Assembly (NCBI RefSeq): GCF_000142905.1
Contig: NW_013657667.1
Coordinates: 440,801-504,800 of the forward strand
DNA length: 64,000 nucleotides
From: Thecamonas trahens ATCC 50062
Taxonomy: Eukaryota > Protista > Apusomonadida
Reading direction: 5' to 3'
Translations under genes and position numbers: made by a program
Part shown: positions 18,001 through 22,493 of the stretch, one piece after another
Layout: each line of letters opens with the position of its first letter
Numbering within the stretch: the first letter of the stretch is position 1
The notes under the pieces: generated by a model
What the model saw: the letters and a program-made list of their open reading frames with translations, nothing else
Database searches by the model: none
Told to the model about the DNA's origin: nothing

Positions 18001-19935
18001 GTCAACAGCGGCTGGGGCGTATGCCTCGCCGGCGGGCCGGCCGAACGCGTCCTCGAGCGACTCGATGCGGCGAGAGACGCTGCGGGAGGACGACATAGCG
18101 CCACGGCGCGAGGTGACGTCACCGGCGGCGGCGGCGGCGACAGAGTTCTGGTTCTTACGGGCCTCCTTGTGAAAGGCGACGGCGCAGTTTGCAGTGGCAA
18201 GAGCCGGTCCGCTAGCCGGGACAGTCATGTTGGGCGAGATGGCAGAGGAGGAAACCGGGCTTCGCTGCGGCATCTCGATGGCCTTGGTCGCCGGCGCGGC
18301 ATCGACAAGAAGCAGGGCGATGGTAGGACGCCTGTGCAGGAGTGCAAGGTGAAGCGCAGTATTGCCTTCGGCATCACGATCGAGTAGATGGAGAGCGGGC
18401 TTGAAGACCTTGGACGAGAGAAGGGTGCGGACAAAGCGCTCCTGGTTGGCGACGATAGCAGTCATAAGCGGGGTGTAGAGCTCGGGTCCGGCGCGAAGCT
18501 GGGGGCTTGCGCCGGCAGACATGAGATCCGAGGCCAGCGGGGCGGCGAGCTTTTCCGAGGCTGCGTAGTGGAGGGCGGAGCGGCCGTTCGCATCACGGGT
18601 GTTGACGTTTGCGCCTGCGGCGAGGAGCGAGTTGACGACCGACTTGTGGCCGTTGCGGACGGCAAGAAGAAGCGGGGTGAAGCCGCGAGTGTCGCGGGTA
18701 TCGACGGCGGCCCCGGCCTCGACGCGCGGCATGCGCTCGGAAGAGAGCAGGGCGTCAACGACGCGGGAGAGGCCACCAGCGGCCGAGTAGAAGAGGGCGG
18801 AGCGGCGAAAGGCGTCACGGGCAGTGGCATCGACACCGCGGACGTTGAGGAGCTCTAGGGCGATGGCGGCGCGACCGGCGATGCAGGCAGCAATGAGAGC
18901 GTTGGCGCCGGCATGGTTGCACGAGTTGTACGCGCCTGGCAGGAAGGTCGGCGGTAGCTCGGCGATCTTGGCAATGAGGATGCGGACAAGGGCGACCGAG
19001 CCACGACAAACGGCGTAGTGAAGAACAGTGTCACCGTCCATGTCGCGGAGGTAGAGCATGGCGTTGAGTGGAAGCGCAGCGGCAATGGAGCCCGACTGGG
19101 CGTAGGTGAGGGTGAGGGCATCCTCGGCCGGATCGCCCTGTAGCAGGATGTCGTGCTTGGCGGCGGCGGCAGCAGCAGACGCAGTGAGGTCGTCGTCGTC
19201 TTCGAGACGAGACGGGCCCGGGCGGTGCCTTGCCCGGCTCGCCTCGCCGAGCATGGGCGCCATGACATCCTCCATTTCCGCGGTGACGGCAGCAAGGAGG
19301 ATGCGGATGACAGCGTTGGAGGCATTGGCGACAGCGAGGTGGAGCGGGGTCTGTCCGCGGGCGTTGCGGGCCATCATTTCACGCATCCGCTCGATGGGCA
19401 GCTCGGCGTCGAGGAGCGCCTCGACCACCGGTCCGTTGTCAGCCTCTGCAGCCAGATGCAACAGGGTGTTGCCATCATGGTCGCGGAGCATGAGCAGCGA
19501 GGCGTCGCGGCGGACGACCACCGTCGTCACCATGGCCGCGGTCCGCGCCGTCGGCGGAGCAAAGGCCATGATCTGCACAGCATTCAGCTCGCGGCGGCGC
19601 GAGGAGGAGAAGATCTCGTCGACGTCTGCAACCTTGGAAAGCGCCGAGGCAACGGCGGCAGCTGAGCGTGCAGCAGCGGCAGCAGATTGGCGAGAGCCTC
19701 GCGGGCCATCGCCACCAGCAGCAGGAGGCACTGCTCCTGCGCCGGCAGCCTCAGCCGACGCCTCCTCCAGTCGCTTGTCGGCCAGAAACGGAGGCGGATC
19801 ATAGGAAAAGGTGAACTTGGTCACAAGAACCGAGTCGAATCGAGTATCGTAGCCACGAAGGTCTCCCGCGAGAGCCTTTCCGAACAGCTCGCGGGCCTTG
19901 GCCGTCTCCTGGGCCAGCTCTGTCTGCGTTGCCAT
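1..19935 (-). CDS. Giant (>=6645 aa, 3'-truncated) protein: ankyrin repeats + RCC1 repeats + probable calpain domain
   Basis: ATG at 19935 (MATQTELAQETAKARELFG...). The track lists no minus-strand ORF in this frame over 1-19935, and about 30 plus-strand shadow ORFs share its register; both fit one open frame with no stop inside the window. Segments I translated by hand show ankyrin repeats at ~3700-19500 (GNTLLHLAAEAD, GQTPLHLAVAN, GFTPLLLAVRNGH, GETPLHLAVQ) and RCC1 repeats at ~650-3350 (AYHSAALDTEGRLYTWGDKNSGKLGL, GRLFTCGSNAFGELGLG). A calpain-type N-terminal motif (LVSACNRDGRLFVDTDFAPDEAAL) lies at ~31-102. Confidence 0.9.
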   Translation of the reverse strand, partial: MATQTELAQETAKARELFGKALAGDLRGYDTRFDSVLVTKFTFSYDPPPFLADKRLEEASAEAAGAGAVPPAAGGDGPRGSRQSAAAAARSAAAVASALSKVADVDEIFSSSRRRELNAVQIMAFAPPTARTAAMVTTVVVRRDASLLMLRDHDGNTLLHLAAEADNGPVVEALLDAELPIERMREMMARNARGQTPLHLAVANASNAVIRILLAAVTAEMEDVMAPMLGEASRARHRPGPSRLEDDDDLTASAAAAAAKHDILLQGDPAEDALTLTYAQSGSIAAALPLNAMLYLRDMDGDTVLHYAVCRGSVALVRILIAKIAELPPTFLPGAYNSCNHAGANALIAACIAGRAAIALELLNVRGVDATARDAFRRSALFYSAAGGLSRVVDALLSSERMPRVEAGAAVDTRDTRGFTPLLLAVRNGHKSVVNSLLAAGANVNTRDANGRSALHYAASEKLAAPLASDLMSAGASPQLRAGPELYTPLMTAIVANQERFVRTLLSSKVFKPALHLLDRDAEGNTALHLALLHRRPTIALLLVDAAPATKAIEMPQRSPVSSSAISPNMTVPASGPALATANCAVAFHKEARKNQNSVAAAAAGDVTSRRGAMSSSRSVSRRIESLEDAFGRPAGEAYAPAAVDMHDLHARATPLHLAAAAGYNAVVRALLAKHASPFAIDAESQTPLYAATHHGHDDVALTIAKDAAAKACPLGSLDQLAKVMGLPHLDTASVLVLLAAHIDGAPHSTPLHRATATGCVRFLTFWMERTHPTVLATAWSRPDADGELPLFKLVSASLADVPTSKVVSLYFERVHGFTPKYDPFPDTSLAAAIAAPTSEPRRTRHKPRRGEAAPEPEPTPDAGDADSDTGGEQNPRLDHVEPVALTKNDFQKSRFSSQTVNYSFVTNTVGDTLLTCAAKTGKLGCLSLLYSLGLDIHVRGAAARPPLLAAAHNGHEAVASFLAAVKPKTKNHAPAAELHRIDITAADDRGRTLLHYAADKGMAGLYSDIADTFIDKGLFDAPDIHGARPLHLAIAAGHSEIAINIIISGCADINAQDGRRYTPFHHAVTVGDDLVALALLCSPAFLEPRHPVHSMAAGALIELPPLHMALAAGHVDLISQLFPYSADVHPDVRREREPPINEDNSRSTAQYTTAASSLFRMSLVDAEGNTLLHAAAKHGHAELVRDLIIAALDIEGLVRARNNNMHTFFHVALAAAATDVVGVVVDLAHSNDEVGSELRKVLLRSVMSDNWNPTQETPMHLALGAPPDSVPELVDALFRLCDLYVPKAAAAAAASDNGSAAPDARPPFAETKLGVSILGSRAGMADYPTNYLELHFLIREEFGSDSSSVLPVASPETIADLVSNHGYTHAAGCCAASVIPPSLSAKYGKYIYAIDMPDTLPLVLYRSRRGDSAFFCSAQRGAALYARGLGFESVSVQGYVPQTMHPDTVSLLNAFLPSALAFSRQVLSPGSSLAAHLRLHGSAATKLLGADFDARYAEAAATDLRVAASSANISSTIALQVSAGGDEPSSPSRATAPDASGAAPTNSPPRGSGQEKVHTSSTSHWPPVPAPVRTLVEGQVLLLPRSRAPTTIRHGQTTLLHEAILRGKEELAIRLVTIGSPINASTASGTTGPLTHGKSPTESTTPLMEAVSRNMVNLVATLLQRDDVQLDTLNIDSQTVLHVAVASGFSEVAKLIIDKAFAMWSASSHALELFVNAQDAFSNTVLHYAARSGMGEVLGILRQRADAHQVELDVNARNAELRTPLIVAAAFRRPFIATELLRWEGTKTELLDSKGRSVLHYACKRKLTQLSLLLIKALEAQMETAGGLQASLFASQPAFVANVSIKATATTSSRDMTALARRRQGGGNSSGGASVSANVMRARTALAEFLDSLDAQGLSPFLYAARAGDTTVVTALARAGVEVYALAADGSSALHLAARGGHVSLLHWMIDALTMPSLRRTIPSLADKGAFFINAFINGADMTQATLIHLAVAHSLDSVVRALIRLDSSTRQLSLALARDEAIPFSPDMRNVARIPRDAQSTASRTTGAVSEPKRRRLDAMVGRKGKSGSTAALTGSAAADGATKERSEEMLSETDLIFVDLFGRDSMQRTPLIVACEAGNEIIALTLLDHIDAFKISDEGMAAHSGRSSTSPSKRKRESWRIMARDAHSRTPMHFACMHAMTKVAMRLYDIYGSMCLHFLDDKRQSPLHYAVSAGQLGLLRALLKALADTASDASSTLTGTSRLAKAAGSSAPNSSLSASVSVSRAKDYSLNTIAELVHAALLSSYLDVAAFLVTDLVAQATVTNQIQSEVLLALVETTIKSPRSLDVGLGMLEISGLTTMSTDSIGVTAPILHRAAAAGHYSFVRGLISNIQVSNSRSHLAWYVLMRLFTMPDASSRNPIQVAVARGDVSLAALLVAFLPQPSMEIGLRFCENEIGVGLLDQVEKANMPHVLGLLLATRFEVVIDSETQSGITPLIESISSGRDVNSLLLLAADAQTFIERLNASTALAASLEGQGDSPVLPFLLAHACDGIGLAAYEEGDIELVDAVAVYLFNFAKEALGQTRSLTILAALLFKLTRHNEPLIKHAGHYLPAKESSRRRGGTAASADAGVSAEHVLSRSNVLANALANVSARVTGNGVPQLGLALGASTSANATSEPLSATGSVPKSMLHELYDAAIENRRLDVMPLLHVAVGLPTRDQYMRMLEMMVGVNESAVDIAYLGHTLSEATALSLFNDLYAEEKQRNEASIRKTAAAAATPDGEQTEDEVVDAGADHLVLRSWVVPSTRHSVLHLAAKLAMPGLFETVFVAMVAEEEEALRARQAQGTLDNDGDDGFDDEFDFEQRAGYDGEPDSPRSLADRAHIAVLGLLDESAYSVVHYVVDKAVPYFTQWFFDTFAPPVVGGNARNGLVPWLQTSHKTESVVNMLAAHGHFALLENLFAACPSDAFKRKLVTTKSSLTASTVLHTAIASGSVATAHVVLDQLLARLTDRKERCAALFTARNTERCVPLQLAAAQGMGTVVQAILARDEKRSGISVAEPLRVALESGFVSIAIQLVQGGVDAIARHKAQNAGSIFVAGSTNPLSLVCARGFEPVLNKFKSGHGIVRTLLKIDMPLMGALVNGKLALVKQLWTKGVERPEGYFLRALSRSYTALVMFMLGADDTLTRFKALSRHLPPLDINAKSSTNRFQQTALHLAVANSLEDVIVPLLRRKPEFVGDLFGFNPLHYAVLKKDTRYAQLLLSPLARASMVVSGSAEAQGKLSYLHLAARNSVFMLKLILRVSELSRLVANADAKAGGVKTGRAARRSRGGRGRGTGPTSHLPPTLPSIEVAVGGPIPAMHDVRVNIQFAENLQNSEMAKTGDWSLAHLTGSLVGFDASRTIAGRSPSTRASVRASMADPASGASRTPEFVFVDLNANIDVSDLQPFTVQVNARMTTDETPLLIALVSFRGSAAKTELDKFLELGTPASRAATIAEGFRLLQSKHSAADESASAGHVVAGSASGVYPADDGDALEHPFVARFSARDGRSSYGSLLPRVDVALELLRRPPAPLEVRVASGKRYSPLSVAIEIGHPELVKLLLPFASESAFQSGSCEPTHLTRHALTAAGSIQSMSQPKSSSQGPAVTANAAVPASTSRNSRLTPLHLAIQAANFDVASALLNHAAVDWAADVMVAKSLLLEALPFPYILGKLIRHGLSVMEGQPLIRACRRGYMHAALMLLGLGCDPMAVARSDKSGLKSTPLHYAALHGMTAVVVAMLLIPGVEMVKDSKEQTPFLVACKANKSSTALWVVRTVEAVPTLEINLSDSNVDSEAAIHFAARSGLVSLTKYLLAHGVGVDQPGAQRQTPLIAACASRHAELAMHLLRANADVNANDREEQTALHYAARKGLMDVVRALVGRGGGSMRADKNLDLPIHMACKYAMLDAGDDAIALFLIEHFVANHRSKTEYVSLMINSQGLGGWTPLHYAAAGGLPKLTALLLRWNADASLKATPLATHTPALLAEESDEPRTPIYYAMKMGHAAIAMSLLDRPEADVELDALLHVALDQLAGVGVAYAESFRHIAHKLIEDGHGVAVPNARGETPLMRACAIGEPELALKLIAANVEVNHTSTATKATALHFAVDKGLTSVVTALVREGAVPENALTVDYENPLHLACKVDDLRLARTKLEIAHSLLSGKGVKSKSRNSTAALASASKSAKGSGPSDAVAALAAQETKVTHQRPLHVLCMTATTAEHSALDKLLSKVAMDLINAHKDALGVSDAASPPGTPLLHAYRMGNTTLVKLLIQASTGEKMREGASETYVSVLDKATASGEPILHCAIRNGDVAVIRELLAAKASPVVENKMTGNKPLHLVCSCIESSRSGKSLLAGAKPITDAQASLIAMLLLAEMESSDKLTIENLTATDREGMTPLHHACRNPSRASVASALIDRIVEVDPEFSLDECVDDSGRTPLHYACMNGAPESLVTKLIALGANPACTTRDNDNALHLAIRHSHNLTQSLVAKAASMRKEEVVAILGELIHLKEDSSRPREVRNAANKLHRSLENAKSSRRRRWAVLSAFHFAVAEEAATMAGDDEDNGRSAHEPKLPNAADLPPSFQSDLRAWRRLVKLAGLRSDFEDVLDAVNSNNETPLLLACKHGDAAAAVDLIDQAADVEHVDNNKATIVHYVFEKGLDEVFDKLVNHPTASRRLSAKLGAPVNINVVDASGNTPMHYLLRSPDTASRMFDRVWDFSEAGTGNYIDTSATNADKENLLHLAVKSRLPWKTISRIWTQASKWGGAHAEIIDGKTYPDGKTPLALAIELGESQLAIQLIRAGASIAETDCNDNTMLHLAVRAGLADVAMILLGSPELESFPGTVEEVRGSSSDKAKVAGAGKAAAASGNGAAGAQGSLRRSGTRVAFSGAAASSGVTGRSAAGRSDAAGYSLSNYDVAEEIAVSIIVDVLDAVFVTLAASGKLDADGHSSSDDESSDAGVGHDSGSDAGGMSDSLSDVDDGEIHLQGELDPLKVNSSDGATAVHYAAERGMTNVVKALISHGVPFDVPNSAWALPIHLAMINGHPSLAKLLFCQHLAKESVEVLNERCRLDNALGRNVLHMAIASNDYQADFVNHIINELTSVALSAMDRDLNTPLHLALKRASFADVVKHLVEKNCNVNAQNSAGETPLHLAVQDKDTQAVTLLLKSPNIKLNEVNNVGDAVIHVALANSDQDTVRVLLEKDDLQLTLVNSQRLSVLHLAAENDLMPLIPLLATRGPQFNALNADGLTILHVILHTVPEPDLRRELVQSLVSSQGCDTNVPAASNGNTMLHDAAALGDNQIVNLLVLYKADVNAVNFAGQTPLHLAVLAGEMAVVKTLRESGADVNAQDGRGNSVLHLAVLGGHAALVRSLLQPAPIAADVCVQDGAGRLPSQCCADPQLRQFLLGAMSHRPQLPYHLEAPVVYSVPKRSNKNSAGGTTSTESGKESGKGSASGGKTGSRDRTAPDDDGADGGGDGGGGGGAAETVQYLQVARNTPAFEVENHIAVEQFFIHRDVVQVDLARTYGAAVTSDGRLFVWGNVFQFRGKIMAQSVEMLKYRTPQEVTFFTVAGIQVTRVAVSDSFLLALSSEGAVFSWGLVSAHDPPFLGRTTGDGLSLAGMETLGHPGRIDTLEGMAIVDIAAGEGHAAFVTRNGRLFTCGSNAFGELGLGAKANAPVPELVNSLARAKEHVVQVVCGPKHTVVRTLAGAVYTAGGGDTARLGHVQSRPAALGDRTDAQHFRKIDDLDGQIVVVDIATSVSHTAVVSAAGHLFTVGKNDYGKLGLGDRDIDHDRFERVHFDSPDVRIAAVALGAYHSAALDTEGRLYTWGDKNSGKLGLVISQGEPITTPQLVGALVAEHIVGVALGIEHSAAVSATGRVYVWGSNMDARLGVPVGIVKGASSFGALAASGGSMTSVRVSPTGGVADDEPSGDGGGTSGASGLSSVDIVLPMMVEGLHRGEPRKIAVGPTSKMDGLATIAARAVITEDGSLYVWGHPKLVPQIPGQRSTARPDDEEWHRAALAAVFEASHHEGYVLAALVEGTAHMVPCKVRIPLFGGFHTVADVAWSTADGANAALAIVTTSGEVFYWGCHSHISTNDYTVQPARVLLYETLTGSMPQTSYDALEAAGAGASSGNAASSGGRRKGGRAGARAGNLAASDASSGFAATATLEREVPFRLVAIGRGHALEHREVRARSVVFGSMHLLIHDALGRVWCVTAMLPTKTRFTGNVDETLSSLLNADGDVYMAPGPGGVQVSRLRPGLLKITGSVVQMAAGDEVAAVLLASAQVLVLVGDRTVALKGAFVKVAVTGKSVACLREDGQVTVYHESPSSAKSGLYEDVSVVQYGTATFIDIIGTPVRDDGSDDMFLLLTASGRVVECCGAVVSDSQFAISLPGQRVLQASLGPACAMVSTVQMTLSNEVGPAEATPAAVCAAHLRRACVRCAWQPFVPHAAVVLGLPRRNGKFYIHKRLEGLGVAYVSSQLSGSAAVVGFNSQVELELAMTSLNGRAETVNDLLLWLTLVPIQPCLMCEGDKSGWWFRWKEPGQVPFASDHLWAKHATLGPQLVCARCVMANSSVPVESLAVLTRMAEDHIARLVSACNRDGRLFVDTDFAPDEAALWMQSPSKPAH

Positions 19936-20598
19936 GTGTGTGAGGCGAGCGGGAGAGATAGAGAGGGAGGGGGTGGGGGTGGGGGTAGGGGTTGGGGAGG
20001 GGGTGTGGGGGCTGTATGTATGTGTGTTTGTGTGGTGGTGTGGGTGTGTGTGGTGTGGGTGGGTGTGGGTGGGTGGGTGTGTTGGAGTGGGGTGAGTGGA
20101 GGCTGGCGGTGGTGCTGCCACCGGGAGGGAGGGTGAGACGGACAGTGGTCGGTGTGGTGAAGACAGTTGGAAGTGGTATGCCATGGAATGGAGAGAGTGG
20201 TCGAGGGAGAAGGAGAGGGATTTTCAACCTTTTTAACCGATTTGTCAGCAGGGCACATCCAGCCATCCACACATGTCCACACACACACAGAGAGAGAGAG
20301 AAAGAGAGAGAGTACACCATCATCCAATCCACAACTCTGATCCATGTACGTGTGTGTGCGTATGTGTGGATGTGTGTGTGTGGATGTGGATGGTTGGCTG
20401 GTACAGCGGGTGTGCCCGTGAGCAGCGTGGGCTACGATTAAATCTCAATGAATTTACTGTCATTGCTGACGGCAGATAGTTGCCAACCGTCAGTTGCGCT
20501 CGCCAGCTACCCCCCCCCCTCCCACCCCCCTACCACCAGCTCCACCAGCACCTCACCCAACACTCCTCTCTCACTCACTCGCTCGCTCTTGCACTAAT
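19936..20598. promoter_or_regulatory. Divergent intergenic region / putative bidirectional promoter, rich in GT/CA/GA microsatellites and G/C runs
   Basis: Lies between head-to-head ATGs at 19935(-) and 20599(+); low complexity and non-coding. Confidence 0.45.
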
Positions 20599-22454
20599 AT
20601 GGCCGAGGCGCTGGTCAGGTCTGGCTCGCCCGGTGCGAGCTACGGGACCACGGCTTCGACGCGCGAGCCGACGGCGTCACCCGGAGGAGGCTATGGGAGC
20701 TACGGGAGATACGGCCGGCAGTCGGCGTACGGGAGCCACCACCAGTCTGGAGATCGAGAGTACGGGAGCTATGGAAGGTATGTAGCTGGATATCGCTCGC
20801 CGGGATCGCCTGATGCAAGCACAGCAAGCTTTGGCGGTACGCCCTCGCTGCATCGGGAGATCTCATCGGTCTGGCGCTCCTCCCGTCCGCCGCCCGAGGT
20901 CACCGCCCTTGTCTCGTCCATGGAGGCCATCCAATCATCGGTCTCGTCGACCTTGGCCTCTTCAGCCGCCCGCTCGCGGGTTGAGGGCGCCCGGCTCGCT
21001 ACGCTGGTACGATCGCTCAAGGACGATCTGGCGGCTGCAGCTGCAGCGGCTCAGCAGGCCGACTCTGAGAATGCGAGTCTCTCCGCTGACGCCGCCGCTG
21101 CCCGAGATGCGGCGGCGGCGGCCGAGGCCGCTGCTGGCAGGATGGACGGTCAGCTCAAGGCGGCGCACGCGCGGATAAGCGGGCTGGAGGATGCGCTGGA
21201 CGAGGCCCGCCGCGAGGCTGCCGAGCTCCGCGATGCCAACCGCGAGCTCGAGTCGGAGCTCCGCGCCACTGTCGGTCCGCTGCGCGAGGAGGTGAGGACG
21301 CTCGAGGCTCGCGCAGCCCAATGGCAGAACGAGTCGCGCGAGGCCGTGCGGGCACTGGAGGCGGCCGGTGCGGCCCAGGCGGCCGCCGAGGCGGCAGCGA
21401 GCAGGGCAGAGGCAAAAGGCAAAGGCGGCCGACGAGCGCCGCGCCGCCGCAGACGCGGCTGCCGCCGCAGAGTCTGCCTCGCTGGGAGCTGCCAACTCGG
21501 ACTTGCATGCACAGCTGACAAGCGCACAGGACGCGCTACATGAGGCGCGGATGAGCGCAGCCAACTCGTCGGCGTTGTGCGTCGAACCTGGCGGCGCGCG
21601 CCGAGGCCGCCGAAGCCGCCCGTGACGCCGCCCGCGCCGAGGCTAGCCAGTCTGCGGCGGCGCTCGCTGCACTGCGCTCGGAGCGGTCCGACGCCCAGGC
21701 CCGGCTTTCGGCCTGCGAGGCCGCGCTCGACCGGGCGCGCGCCGAGGCCGAGACGATGCGCTCGCAGCTGACAGCGTCCAAGGCACGCAACGATGAGCTC
21801 GCACGTGAGATGCAGCGCGCGGTGGAGAAGGCGCGGGTGGCAGCAGCGGCCGAGGCTCGGGCTGCCGACGCCGCCTCGGCGGCCAAGATAGCGGCCGACG
21901 GCTCGCGCTCACGTGCCGACGCGCTGGCCAACGAGCGCGACGCCGCCCGTGCCGCCGCCGACGCCGCCTCGGCCGACGCCCGAGCTGCCAAGTCAGAGGC
22001 ATCGGCAGCATCGGCAGCCGCCGCCGCCGACGCTGCCCGGCTCGCCGACGCCCATGCCCGCATCGAACGCATGGCGGCCGACGCCGCCCGCGACCGGGCC
22101 TCGCTCAACGAGGCTGCTGACGAGGTGCGCCAGCTCCGCGACGCGCTGGCCCGGGCCAAGGTCCAGATCGAGCAGCGCGACGTGGCTGTCGCCGAGCTTG
22201 CTGCCTTTTGCGACCAGTACAACACCTCTGTTGAGGCGTTGTCGTCGGAACGCGAGTCGCTGGCGTCGGCGGCGTCCGAGGCGAGGCGCGAGGCTGCCAC
22301 ATCGTCAGCCCTGTTGGCCGAGCGGACCGACGAGCTTGCGTACGCCAACGCCAACGTCGCGCGCATGCGCCAGGTCATTGCCCGGCTCAAGGCCTCGGTC
22401 GGCTCGCAGATCGAGGCCATCATCACCGACGTTGAGTCGTCGCCGTCGCCGTAA
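20599..22454 (+). CDS. Long Ala/Glu/Arg-rich coiled-coil protein (~617 aa) with a Ser/Gly/Tyr/Arg-rich head; two apparent single-base insertions
   Basis: Starts MAEALVRSGSPGASYG. The coiled-coil pattern continues across three frames (track ORFs 20494, 21368, 21756), switching at AAAA 21414-21417 and at ~21585. Confidence 0.7.
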
Positions 22455-22493
22455 AACCGCAGTCGGATAGCTACACCTTTTTTACCGGATGGC

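Noticed and set aside
1-19900. The many short ORFs listed on both strands (e.g. 1..954+, 12024..13109-, 14955..16115-, 16153..17244+)
   Set aside because: They are antisense or off-frame shadows of the single giant minus-strand ORF in high-GC sequence and carry no independent protein motifs.
19970-20100. Telomere-like G/T-rich tract (also the GGGAGCT repeats at ~47455-47515)
   Set aside because: These are irregular or very short internal low-complexity tracts, not a sustained telomeric array.
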